Shown: positions 1 through 9,843, counted from the stretch's first letter. The stretch: 32,000 nt of DNA from Candidatus Helarchaeota ASGARD archaeon Hel_GB_B (GCA_005191425.1 SUPR01000019.1:1-32000); one strand, 5' to 3'. Notes: a model not told the origin generated them from the sequence alone. Program-made: numbers and translations.

Positions 1-252
1 TACATTTCCTGTATTGTTTGCATACCACCCTTCCATATTATGTGTATCATTAGCCATAAAGACAAAATTTATTACGCCATTTGTATCTACAGCAATATCT
101 GGATATTGGGCATGTGATGACAGCCAATTAGTCAATTGAATTGGATCTGTCTTAAAATTCCATTCGTTTGACCCGGCATTTATTGGAATAGTTAAATTTA
201 TAGCAAAAATAAATAATAAAACAAAACCTATTAAATATTTTTTCTTATTCAT
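1..252 (-). CDS. Secreted/surface protein, N-terminal part only (runs off the window edge); possible beta-propeller
   Basis: Not in the ORF track. Manual translation from ATG at 252: MNKKKYLIGFVLLFIFAINLTIPINAGSNEWNFKTDPIQLTNWLSSHAQYPDIAVDTNGVINFVFMANDTHNMEGWYANNTGNV, open to base 1. Basic N-region, hydrophobic stretch and INA/G cleavage-like site. YPDIAVDTNG resembles a propeller blade. GTGAT SD-like site upstream. Confidence 0.7.
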   Translation of the reverse strand, partial: MNKKKYLIGFVLLFIFAINLTIPINAGSNEWNFKTDPIQLTNWLSSHAQYPDIAVDTNGVINFVFMANDTHNMEGWYANNTGNV

Positions 253-393
253 AATTTTATCACAAATTTCTTTTTAGTATTTAAAGAATATTTAATAGAC
301 TTGTTAAATTTTTTTATTAAATTAAATATTTAAATTAGTAAATTAAATTTTAAGTCATTTTATTTAAAAAAATTATTTTTAATTAAAAGAAGA

Positions 394-476
394 TTTAGGT
401 ACTAAACTTTATATCTAGAAATACATACTATATTTTGTAAATTTAGGTATTTTAGGTCTTTATTTCCTTTTTAGGT
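394..476 (+). repeat. Four copies of heptamer TTTAGGT in an intergenic region
   Basis: Exact copies at 394-400, 442-448, 451-457 and 470-476. Confidence 0.8.
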
Positions 477-517
477 AAATTAAAAAGTTATAACAAATAA
501 TTATACTTCCAAATAAG

Positions 518-3500
518 CTAAATTTTTTGCTTGTTTTCAATTTTTTTAATCCACGGGTGTGATTTTATTAATTTAATTTGTTCTAAAATTTTAGTATCTT
601 CAATTATGTTTTTATGGACAGACTTGATTGTTTCAAAATTTTCAGATTCTATTTGAATAAGTTTAAGTTCATCAAAAGGTTTTTTTAACAATTTTTTAGT
701 ATAAAGGTCAATAAATTCGTCATAATTAATTGGTACTAAATAATTTGAAATTTTTCTAATAAAGTCAATTTCAAGACCTTCTAATTCAAATATGTCTTTA
801 AAATATAATTCATATACCATACAATCTGCTATTTTTTTATCTAAAAATGTTATTATTTCCTTTAACTTGATCCGATTTTCAGGAATAATATTTAAGAATA
901 GTAAATAATCCGCAAAAATTTCAAAAGTATTAACAAGTTCTGTTTTTTTAATGGGTATTTGTTCAATATATTGAGCAGCGGCATAATAACCATTTCCTAA
1001 AAGAGCACAGTAATTTTTCATCAAAAAGGGGTTTAACGAAGATTGAAGTATTAATTGTAGAAATTTTAGGTGCTTTCCGACGATAAAAAACATTGAATCA
1101 AGGACATAAATCCCACTTGGGACTAATTGAAAATAAACATTATAAGTTATCCTATTCCAGACTAATTTTGGTTTTTCTAATTCTGAATAATATACACATT
1201 GCCTCAATTCCCACCAATAATCTCCTTGGTCATCTCGGTTGAACAAACCTTTTCCTTTACCTGTTGTTTTCTCTCCAATATGCATTAAATATCGATATAA
1301 TTCAGGAAAGGTCTCTCTAAATATTTTTTCTGCGTTTTTTACATCTAAATTATGATTTTTAATGTATTTATTTGTCCATCCTGATGGAATTACAATAAGC
1401 CATAGATTTTTCCAATAAAAATAATATTTTCCAATATCTTTACCTCGTAATAAAGGTTTTAAGAAGGTTAATACTCTTGGATTTTTACCAATTATCTCTT
1501 CTTTTTGTTGACTATCTATTATAAAAGCTTTATTATAGCCAGTTTTAATCCCAAAATAGATATTCACTCCAAAATCTTTTAATTTTATTGTCGTTTTGTC
1601 CAAATAGTCTTTAATTTTATAAGTCAGAAAATCCGAAAAAGACCATAGATTATCACCTAATAATTTCTGTCTGATCATATATCCGTTGTCATTTAATGAA
1701 TGCAGATCATTAGGCCGGTTGTAATATACCATACTTTCTTCCTCTGGACTCTTTAATTGTATTAAATATATGATTGTATCTACTGCAATTCTTTGAAATA
1801 AATTTTTACCTGAAAAATCAACAATCCTTATAATTTTAGTTTTATTTTTGAATAAATTTCTAATTTTATTTCCATATTTAGCCCTTAACCATTTACTAGT
1901 AATAATAAAGGAGTGAAACCCATTTTTTTTCAGTAATTTAATACTCCTTAATATAAAATATACGCTGTAATCAAATGTTGTATCAAAAATGTCAAAAGTT
2001 TTTGCAAGGAGGTGCTTATAATCAAAATTTGGGATAATATGGTTTATACCTTCTTGACGGATAAAAGGTGGGTTCCCTATTATTATATCAAAACCCGGGC
2101 TGTCTTTAAATATCTCTGGAAATTCTATTGGCCAATGAAACAACTTCAAGTTTTTTAATAATTCAAAGTCTATTCCAAGATTTCTTAAAAGCAATATATC
2201 TAATTCATAGGAAAATATCTTGATAATTCTTTGAATTAAATTACCCAATTTAAAACAATCTAAAGAATTCAAGGAATCTAAAAGCGCGGACTTCAAAATG
2301 TTTAAATCTTGTACTAGTAATTTTATTTTATAAGATTTTATTAAAGGTCCAGCAAATAATTCTTTTAATCCCGAAAAAAAGTCATTATGGTCTTTTTGTT
2401 TCAATAGAAATTTTGTCTTATTGCTGAAATTTTTTTCAATTTCGATGATTAATTGACCATATTGAGATGTCTCCTGGTCCTTCTTAAAAATAAATTGGTC
2501 AATTGAAAGTTGCTTGATTTTTCGTAAATCTTTATTTAGATCGACAACTCCTATTAATGAATTCCCAGTTCTTAGATTAAAATATGTCTCAGGAAAATAG
2601 ACCCAATCCCAATTTAAGTCATAATATTGAGTCAATAATAAAAATAGCCTTGCCTTGGTTATATTAATTGATGTCTGGTCAATATCTACTCCATAAATAT
2701 TTTTAGGGATGATTACATAATAAAGTAAATCAAATTTTATTTTATTTACATCTAATTCATTTATTTTAATTCCGAAATAATCTTTAAATAAATTTATCAT
2801 ATTATCTTGGAAATTTGATGTTTTAATTCGTAAATTTTCCAAAATTTTATCATAAATCTCCAGTAATATTCTAATAGTTGATGATAAAAAATGTCCAGAC
2901 CCAACTGCTGGGTCTAAAATTCTTAATGTACCAAGATTCTTTAATAAAAATTCTAATTTTTCTTTATTGTTGTCAAGTATTTCTTCTAATGTTTGAAAAT
3001 TAGTTTTATATTTATTGTTTACGACTTCAATTAAATAATCAATAATTGTATTTTTTGAAATATAATTTGTTATTAATTTAGGTGTATAAAATATTCCGTG
3101 TTTCTTTTTATCCTTAATAGATAATAGTTTTTCATAAAAATTTCCAATAAAAAAATCATCGACTTTATCTTCATATGAAAATAATATTTCTAATAAATTT
3201 AAAAGTGGGATCTCTTTTTTGTTATTTCCAATATTCTTCATATTCCATCTTGTACTTAACCCCTTTTTGTAAAAACATTCATTTGGCATCGTAATTGTAT
3301 TTAATTGAAATTTTGACCATCTTTTAGAAATGAAAAAAATTAAGGGCTTTAAAAATAATATTTTACCAAAATTTTGTTGTTCTAAAAATTTTACGTCATC
3401 ACGACTGCTCAAAAATTCAAAAAATTTGATTAAAAAGTCATAATAATCATTAAATACATTATTTTCATTATTAGAATTAATATCATTAAATTTATTTATA

Positions 3501-3709
3501 AAATATTGATTATCTGCGTTTAAAAATCCTAATTTCTGAACATACCATAAAATCATTAATTGTAGAAATAATTGGTCCAAAAATTCTTCCTTTTCATCGT
3601 TGTCCATCAACCCAGAAATATTTTGTAAAATAGAACGTTTAGAATTTTCATACATTGAAAAAAACATATTTAACAATTGCTCATAACCAAAATCTTTATT
3701 TCTCATCAT
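518..3709 (-). CDS. Type IIG/Eco57I-like N6-adenine DNA methyltransferase with TaqI-like C-terminal target-recognition region; no recognisable N-terminal nuclease domain
   Basis: GIFYTP, motif I ILDPAVGSGHFL, IYGVDID, NLRTGNSL, FHWPIEFPEIF, motif IV DIIIGNPPF, KTGYNKAF, PLLRGKDI, WWELR, PKLVW. Confidence 0.9.
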   Translation of the reverse strand: MMRNKDFGYEQLLNMFFSMYENSKRSILQNISGLMDNDEKEEFLDQLFLQLMILWYVQKLGFLNADNQYFINKFNDINSNNENNVFNDYYDFLIKFFEFLSSRDDVKFLEQQNFGKILFLKPLIFFISKRWSKFQLNTITMPNECFYKKGLSTRWNMKNIGNNKKEIPLLNLLEILFSYEDKVDDFFIGNFYEKLLSIKDKKKHGIFYTPKLITNYISKNTIIDYLIEVVNNKYKTNFQTLEEILDNNKEKLEFLLKNLGTLRILDPAVGSGHFLSSTIRILLEIYDKILENLRIKTSNFQDNMINLFKDYFGIKINELDVNKIKFDLLYYVIIPKNIYGVDIDQTSINITKARLFLLLTQYYDLNWDWVYFPETYFNLRTGNSLIGVVDLNKDLRKIKQLSIDQFIFKKDQETSQYGQLIIEIEKNFSNKTKFLLKQKDHNDFFSGLKELFAGPLIKSYKIKLLVQDLNILKSALLDSLNSLDCFKLGNLIQRIIKIFSYELDILLLRNLGIDFELLKNLKLFHWPIEFPEIFKDSPGFDIIIGNPPFIRQEGINHIIPNFDYKHLLAKTFDIFDTTFDYSVYFILRSIKLLKKNGFHSFIITSKWLRAKYGNKIRNLFKNKTKIIRIVDFSGKNLFQRIAVDTIIYLIQLKSPEEESMVYYNRPNDLHSLNDNGYMIRQKLLGDNLWSFSDFLTYKIKDYLDKTTIKLKDFGVNIYFGIKTGYNKAFIIDSQQKEEIIGKNPRVLTFLKPLLRGKDIGKYYFYWKNLWLIVIPSGWTNKYIKNHNLDVKNAEKIFRETFPELYRYLMHIGEKTTGKGKGLFNRDDQGDYWWELRQCVYYSELEKPKLVWNRITYNVYFQLVPSGIYVLDSMFFIVGKHLKFLQLILQSSLNPFLMKNYCALLGNGYYAAAQYIEQIPIKKTELVNTFEIFADYLLFLNIIPENRIKLKEIITFLDKKIADCMVYELYFKDIFELEGLEIDFIRKISNYLVPINYDEFIDLYTKKLLKKPFDELKLIQIESENFETIKSVHKNIIEDTKILEQIKLIKSHPWIKKIENKQKI

Positions 3710-3860
3710 TTCAACTCTAAGTTATTTCAAAAACTTATTAAAACTTAGAAACATTATCTGTAATAACTTAACCACAGATAACATTGTTGTTGTTTCATCA
3801 TATTTTATAATTTAATTTTATTAAGTGATTTAAAATATTTAATCATTTATTAATAATAAC

Positions 3861-3895
3861 TTTTAAAAGCAATATGTATAAACATACATATCGAT
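3861..3895 (+). promoter_or_regulatory. TATA-like box followed by a ModE-box-like palindromic operator upstream of wtpA
   Basis: TTTTAAAA at 3861-3868, then the perfect inverted repeat ATATGTAT-aaac-ATACATAT at 3872-3891 and CGAT at 3892-3895. Confidence 0.6.
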
Positions 3896-3949
3896 CAATC
3901 CATTTTAAAATTTTTTATAGACCATAATAATTTGAGGTGTAACAAGTAT

Positions 3950-5065
3950 TTGAGTATAACAGAAAGTTTCTGGTCAAGATATAAGGTTAAGATAATTTCT
4001 GGGCTGATAATTATCATATTGTCCATTTCGATTATCTATACAATAATTTGGATGGTCAACCAAAACAATAAAACAGTTATACACATTTTTCATGCTGGAT
4101 CGCTTTATGTACCTATTGAAGAATTCCAAAGGGAATACGAAGCATTATATCCCAATTATCAAATTGATAATGAAGCATTTGGTAGTGCTACAGCTATTAG
4201 ACAGATTACAGAACTTGGTAGAAAATGTTCAGTATTAGGTACTGCGGACTATTCATTAATTTATACCATGATGATGAATGAATCAGACCCAAATTGTATT
4301 GACGCTACTACAGGAAAAACTTGGGCTGATTGGTATATTATTTTTGCAGTTAATGAAATTGCATTAGCTTATGATGAAAAAAATAACCCGCCATACTTAA
4401 ATTTACTTAAAAATGGTTCCAAACTTTGGTGGCAGGTCTTGAATAGGACGGATGTTGTATTTGGCAGGTCTGACCCATATCAAGACCCCTGTGGATATAG
4501 GACATTAATGGTCTGGGGACTTGCTGATGATTATTATTTTGGCGTTTTACATGGAAATTGGACTTCAAATCAAATTAATCAATCAATGTATAACAAAGAC
4601 CCAATTTCTGGTTATACTGGGCCTGGTGCAACTATTGTAAAAGCAAAAGAGACAGATTTATTATCGTGTTTAGAGGCTGGTGAAATTGATTATTTATTTA
4701 TTTATACTTCTGTAGCGAAACAACATGGGCTCAATTATATAAAATTTGATGACCATCTCAACTTGGCTAATAGGAGTTTAAATGATTTCTATTCCAATGT
4801 TACTGTATTAAGAAAAAGTCCTTTAATTCCTGGTGCTTCTGCAACACCTAAAACAGCCAAAGCTATACAATATGGTATAACAATCCCAAATAATGCGCCG
4901 CACCCAAATTTAGGGATAGATTTTATAAAATTTATGCTTCAACGCCCTGGTATAATGCTATCTTTAGGACAGCCTGCTTATTATCCTGCATATGCTAGCA
5001 ATATTACCAAGATCCCAGAAGTTTTGAGGTCATATTGCGTCCAAGACCCAAATCCCATAATATAA
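3950..5065 (+). CDS. wtpA: Tungstate/molybdate ABC transporter substrate-binding protein (WtpA class) with N-terminal membrane anchor
   Basis: FHAGSL, GSATAIRQITELG, ADYSLI, GRSDPYQDPCGYR, KETDLL (the Asp and Glu typical of WtpA-class oxyanion ligation), YGITIP. Start moved from track position 3932 to the in-frame TTG at 3950 because GAGGTG lies at 3934-3939. Confidence 0.9.
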   Translation: MSITESFWSRYKVKIISGLIIIILSISIIYTIIWMVNQNNKTVIHIFHAGSLYVPIEEFQREYEALYPNYQIDNEAFGSATAIRQITELGRKCSVLGTADYSLIYTMMMNESDPNCIDATTGKTWADWYIIFAVNEIALAYDEKNNPPYLNLLKNGSKLWWQVLNRTDVVFGRSDPYQDPCGYRTLMVWGLADDYYFGVLHGNWTSNQINQSMYNKDPISGYTGPGATIVKAKETDLLSCLEAGEIDYLFIYTSVAKQHGLNYIKFDDHLNLANRSLNDFYSNVTVLRKSPLIPGASATPKTAKAIQYGITIPNNAPHPNLGIDFIKFMLQRPGIMLSLGQPAYYPAYASNITKIPEVLRSYCVQDPNPII

Positions 5066-5120
5066 TCCATAAATTTTTTATTTTTTTCGATTTAGTGATA
5101 AAATCAATTTAGAGGTAAAA

Positions 5121-5948
5121 GTGATAAAAATGAAAATTGATAAATTGGTCTGGAAATATCAAAAATATGGTACTTTTACTATTTTTTTTGTATTTTTATC
5201 TATTTTGCTGATTTTGCTCTTGATTGGACCGATTGTTTATATTCTTTTTCAAGAAGACCCAATGGTCATTTTACAAACCATGAGTACTGATTATGTAATT
5301 CAAGCAATTATTAATTCATTTATGTGTTCCTTTTTCTCAACTTTACTAGCGATAATACTTGGTGTTCCAATGGCGTTTTTATTGGCTAAGTATGATTTTC
5401 CGGGGAAAGGATTTTTAGATTCATTAATTGATTTACCAATTCTTATTCCGCATTCTGTCGCTGGAATAATTTTATTAACTGCGTATAGTAATCATGGTCT
5501 ATTTGGTCAGTTTTTTAATTTATTTGGGTTCACCTTTTTTGATACATATCTTGGGATAATTATTGGGATGTTTTTTGTAAGTTCGCCCTTTTTGATTAAG
5601 GGGACAAGAGATACTTTTTTAATGGTTAACCCAAATTATGAAAAAGCTGCTCGTACATTAGGTGCATCAAGATTTAAAACTTTTATTGACGTAAACATAT
5701 CATTAACTTGGCGGGGAATAATCTCATCAGCCATATTATGCTGGGCGAGAGGGGTCTCTGAATTTGGTGCTGTCTATATTTTAGCGTCTATACCTATTAC
5801 TGGCCCGGTTCTTGTTTATTTCCAATTCGAGGGAAGTGGTCTCTCAGCAGCAATACCAACCGCAATTTCCTTAGTATTAGTCTCATTTTTTATTTTTATT
5901 ATCATTAAAATTATCAATAGAACTCCTAAAAATAGACGTGAGGCTTAA
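5121..5948 (+). CDS. wtpB: Tungstate ABC transporter permease
   Basis: Multiple TM helices, IDLPILIPHSVAG, EAA-like loop YEKAARTLGAS, WARGVSEFGA; GTG start with GAGGT upstream; lies between wtpA and wtpC. Confidence 0.9.
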   Translation: MIKMKIDKLVWKYQKYGTFTIFFVFLSILLILLLIGPIVYILFQEDPMVILQTMSTDYVIQAIINSFMCSFFSTLLAIILGVPMAFLLAKYDFPGKGFLDSLIDLPILIPHSVAGIILLTAYSNHGLFGQFFNLFGFTFFDTYLGIIIGMFFVSSPFLIKGTRDTFLMVNPNYEKAARTLGASRFKTFIDVNISLTWRGIISSAILCWARGVSEFGAVYILASIPITGPVLVYFQFEGSGLSAAIPTAISLVLVSFFIFIIIKIINRTPKNRREA

Positions 5949-5953
5949 CTTTT

Positions 5954-7009
5954 ATGCTAGAATTACAAAATATTTCAAAAAAATGGCAAGATTTTAATTT
6001 GGACAATATCAATCTTGCAATAAATGAAGGTGAATTCTTTGTCATTTTAGGTCCATCTGGGGCAGGTAAAACTCTATTACTGGAATTAATTGCGGGAATT
6101 CATTATGCAGATAAGGGTAAAATTATTTATAATGGAAAAGATATCACGTTATTACCACCGCACAAACGAAATTGTGGATTTGTTTTTCAAGATTCAGCAT
6201 TATTTCCAAATAAAAAAGCCTGGAAAAATATAGCATACGGAATCCGTCTCCAGAAAAGAATAAAATACAAGAAAGTAATGGAAAAAGTAATAGAATTTTT
6301 AAAATTATTTAAAATAGAACATGTGGCAAATAGATATCCATCGACATTAAGTGGGGGTGAAAAACAAAGGGTAGCACTTGCAAGAGCATTAATTATAAAT
6401 CCAAACATTTTATTACTTGATGAGCCTCTCGCTTCGGTCGATTATAATACAATGGTACAACTTAAAGGAGAAATTAAAAGGATACATAAGAAGTTTAAGC
6501 CAATTACAATTTATGTTACACACAACAGACTTGAAGCAATGTCCCTAGCAGATAGAATTGCTGTTATGAATAAAGGGAAAATTGTCCAAGTCGGAACACC
6601 GGACGAAATTTTCAGGAATCCACAATCTGAATTTGTGGCTAAATTTATTGGTTTTGATAATATATTTTCGGGTACTGCAAAATTTAATAAAGAAATTGGG
6701 CTAAGCGAAATTCAAATCGATAGTATGACTATCTATTCAGCTGATAAATTATACGGTAATGTTAAAGTTTGTATTAGGCCTGAAGACATAATACTATCAA
6801 GACAGCCGTTAAAATCAAGTATGAGAAATGTGATAAATGGTACTATAGTCAAAATTGATGATTTAGGGACTCTATTCGAAGTAAGTATTAATATCGGGAC
6901 TATTATCAAAGTTCTAATTACACAAAATGCTTTACTTGATTTGGGACTTAGTGTGGGGTCAAAAACTTATGTAAATTTTAAATCTGCCGCTTTAAAGACA
7001 ATAATGTAA
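5954..7009 (+). CDS. wtpC: Tungstate ABC transporter ATPase with C-terminal TOBE domain
   Basis: Walker A GPSGAGKT, signature LSGGEKQR, Walker B LLLDEP, H-loop YVTH, C-terminal TOBE-like beta region ending FKSAAL. Confidence 0.9.
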   Translation: MLELQNISKKWQDFNLDNINLAINEGEFFVILGPSGAGKTLLLELIAGIHYADKGKIIYNGKDITLLPPHKRNCGFVFQDSALFPNKKAWKNIAYGIRLQKRIKYKKVMEKVIEFLKLFKIEHVANRYPSTLSGGEKQRVALARALIINPNILLLDEPLASVDYNTMVQLKGEIKRIHKKFKPITIYVTHNRLEAMSLADRIAVMNKGKIVQVGTPDEIFRNPQSEFVAKFIGFDNIFSGTAKFNKEIGLSEIQIDSMTIYSADKLYGNVKVCIRPEDIILSRQPLKSSMRNVINGTIVKIDDLGTLFEVSINIGTIIKVLITQNALLDLGLSVGSKTYVNFKSAALKTIM

Positions 7010-7243
7010 TAAATCTATGGACTCTATTTTGTGGATAATTTGGTGAAATCAAATTCTAAAAGATGAAATGAAAATACTCTATTCTTTACATTAAAATTTA
7101 AAATTAATTTGAGTATTAAATAACTAAACTGCTAAAAATATTATAAATAATCGATACAAATGATAAAATTATAAAGTAGGTGTTATTTAATTCTTGTAGC
7201 AATCTTATAATTTTAATCAAGATTATTTATGTGGTGATATAAA

Positions 7244-8125
7244 CTGTTTCAAGAGATTAAAAAGAATATTATATTTATTGAAGGTAAAAGGCATGGTAAA
7301 TATCCTTACTCAAATTCCGTATTGATTTTAGGGCAAAAGGAAAATATTCTAATTGATGCAGGAATGGGGCTATCTCGAGCTCGAAAAATTCTTAAAAATT
7401 TTTCAATTAATAAAATACTATTATCGCATTGTCATGAAGACCACACATCCTGCTGTAAATATTTTAAAAGTTCTAAAATTTTAGTGCATAAACTGGACAA
7501 AGAAAATGTCGAGTCTATTAGTAATTTACAGAAATTATATGGTCTAAATAATGAAAAATATGATGCAATTTTCAAATCATTTATGTTATCACTGGGGTAT
7601 AGAGAAATAAATATTTCGGATACTTTTGATGATGGTCAGATATTCGATTTGGGAAATTTGAAAATTCAAGTTATTCATACTCCTGGTCATTCTGCCGGGC
7701 ATTGTTGTTTTTTAATTTATCCTAATATAATGTTTCTTTCAGACATTGATTTAACATCTTTCGGCCCGTGGTATGGTGCTACAGATGGCAATATTGATAA
7801 TTTCATTAATTCAATTAAAAAAATTATTAAATTTAACCCCAAGATTGTAATATCTTCCCATAAAGGTGTTTTTTACAATGGAATTAGAGAAAAGTTAAAG
7901 ATATTTTTGAGCAAATTTGAAGAGCGAGACCAAAAAATTTTAGTGAATTTAAAACAGAAACAAACGTTAGACGGACTTACAAATAAACTTTTAATTTATG
8001 GAAAAAATCCAAATCAAGATGAATTATTGCTAATTGCGGAAAAATTTATGATTAAAAAACATTTGGAACGTTTAATTAAAAATAAAAAAATTCAAAAAAA
8101 AGATGGTTTTTATTCTTTAATTTAA
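7244..8125 (+). CDS. Metallo-beta-lactamase-fold hydrolase (probable CTG start)
   Basis: HxHxDH (SHCHEDH), LIDAG, HTPGHSAGH, SDID, SHKG. The frame is open 26 codons upstream of track start 7322 (FQEIKKNIIFIEGKRHGKYPYSNSVL) back to CTG at 7244, preceded by GGTGAT at 7233-7238 and bounded by an in-frame TGA at 7235-7237. Confidence 0.85.
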   Translation: MFQEIKKNIIFIEGKRHGKYPYSNSVLILGQKENILIDAGMGLSRARKILKNFSINKILLSHCHEDHTSCCKYFKSSKILVHKLDKENVESISNLQKLYGLNNEKYDAIFKSFMLSLGYREINISDTFDDGQIFDLGNLKIQVIHTPGHSAGHCCFLIYPNIMFLSDIDLTSFGPWYGATDGNIDNFINSIKKIIKFNPKIVISSHKGVFYNGIREKLKIFLSKFEERDQKILVNLKQKQTLDGLTNKLLIYGKNPNQDELLLIAEKFMIKKHLERLIKNKKIQKKDGFYSLI

Positions 8126-8127
8126 AG

Positions 8128-9843
8128 TTATTCTTCTCTTAACTTCCTCTTTAATACTTTACCTACAGTTGTCAGAGGTAGCTCTTTACGAAACTCCCAG
8201 ATCTTTGGTTTTTCATATTTTGAAAGGTTATCTTCGGCATATTTTTTAATATCCTCTTTAAGTTCATCTGTTAGTTCTACATCTGATTTTAATTGTATAA
8301 CTGCCTTAACTTTTTCACTACCTGGTCTGTCTGGGTCCTTGATCCCTATTATTGCAACAAGTTCAATTGCTGGGTGTTTAATTAAAATATCTTCTACATG
8401 GACACTATAAACTTTATACCCACTAACTATTAGCATATCTTTTGTTCTATCTACGATTGTGATAAATCCATCTTCATCCATTATTCCTACATCACCTGTG
8501 TGAAACCACCCATCAATTATGGTCTTTTTGTTAGCTTCAGGTTTATTATAATAACCTAGAGTAACTTGTGGACCTTTACAGATGATTTCACCGGGTTCAC
8601 CCAGCGATACATCTTTACCGGTCTCTATATCGATCAACCTAACATCTGAATCCTGAATTGGTAAACCTACTGTACCGATTTTCTTAGTCCCATAGAACGG
8701 GTTCATTGTCAATATTGGACTGGTTTCAGTCATTCCATATACTTCTAGCACCTTATTTTCTGCGTCCATTACCTTCTGAAATTCTCTAATCATTTCTGCA
8801 GGAAATGGGGCTGCTCCAGAAATATATGCTTTAACATTTTTTAAGACTTCACTCGGAATTGTTCTTGATAGCGGTTCTTTCATTATCATTAAATATAACG
8901 AAGGGACATTAGCAATTAAAGTCGGTTTTTTAGATTTCATTTCATTAATAAAGAATTTTATATCTCTGGGGTCTGGTATTAATATTTGCGGATTGGACAA
9001 AAAGACTGCAGCTTGACAAAAACATAGTCCTGCTAAATGGAACAGCGGAAATGCTGAAAGACTAATATCTTCACCAGGTGCCAAGTTAATCCAATTTGAA
9101 ATTTGCACTAAGTTAGCTATTTGATTTGCATGAGTTAACTGCGTACCTTTTGGTCTACCTGTTGTACCACCAGTATATTGCAATAAGGCAAGGTCCTTGT
9201 CGGGGTTGATTTCGACCTTTTTAACATTTGGTCCGGTTTTCAATACCTTCCTAAAATTTATAACTATTTTTTCGGGATGTGGCACGACCTTACCTTTTGG
9301 AATTTTTCCAATTAATTTTCCTAATAATACAATCAACTTTGAAAGCCCCATATAATCAGAAATATTGGTAGTAATTACAATTTCCAAGTTAGGAACTTTA
9401 CTTAATACATCTTTAGGGATTAAAATATCTGCATAAATTTTATCTAGCGTAATCAATACTTTAGCCCTGCTATCATTAATTTGGTATATAAGTTCATCAG
9501 CACTCAAAAGTGGAGAGCACCCCGATGCTACACCACCAGCTAATAAAGTCCCAAAATGAGTGACCATATATTGAGGGCTATTTGGTAAATTAATTGCAAC
9601 AACATCCCCTTTTTTAAAACCATTTTCCTGTAAGTAAGTAGCAAATCTATGGACATAATCTCTAAACTCACCAAAAGAAATCTCCTTTTTTCTCATCCAA
9701 CAAGCTGGTCTATCAGGAAATCTCTGCATTGATTCATCAAAAATTAATCCAAGACTCTTTTTAGGGTAATCCAAATCTGTTTTTATATGTTTATCATATG
9801 ACTTTGTCCAAAATCTTGAATTATATATCTCCATTATTTTCAC
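8128..9843 (-). CDS. Long-chain fatty acid--CoA ligase (FadD/LcfA-like ANL adenylate-forming enzyme)
   Basis: YTGGTTGRPKG, YGMTETSP, GPQVTLGYY, WFHTGD, DRTKDMLIVSG, terminal TTVGKVLKR. Confidence 0.9.
   Translation of the reverse strand: MKIMEIYNSRFWTKSYDKHIKTDLDYPKKSLGLIFDESMQRFPDRPACWMRKKEISFGEFRDYVHRFATYLQENGFKKGDVVAINLPNSPQYMVTHFGTLLAGGVASGCSPLLSADELIYQINDSRAKVLITLDKIYADILIPKDVLSKVPNLEIVITTNISDYMGLSKLIVLLGKLIGKIPKGKVVPHPEKIVINFRKVLKTGPNVKKVEINPDKDLALLQYTGGTTGRPKGTQLTHANQIANLVQISNWINLAPGEDISLSAFPLFHLAGLCFCQAAVFLSNPQILIPDPRDIKFFINEMKSKKPTLIANVPSLYLMIMKEPLSRTIPSEVLKNVKAYISGAAPFPAEMIREFQKVMDAENKVLEVYGMTETSPILTMNPFYGTKKIGTVGLPIQDSDVRLIDIETGKDVSLGEPGEIICKGPQVTLGYYNKPEANKKTIIDGWFHTGDVGIMDEDGFITIVDRTKDMLIVSGYKVYSVHVEDILIKHPAIELVAIIGIKDPDRPGSEKVKAVIQLKSDVELTDELKEDIKKYAEDNLSKYEKPKIWEFRKELPLTTVGKVLKRKLREE

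Noticed and set aside
518-3709. BREX (PglX) or DISARM defence system
   Set aside because: No pglZ, brxC, brxL or drm helicase genes are adjacent; the neighbours are a transporter and a secreted protein.
6187-6408. 73-aa antisense ORF
   Set aside because: Shadow of wtpC, with no motifs or SD.
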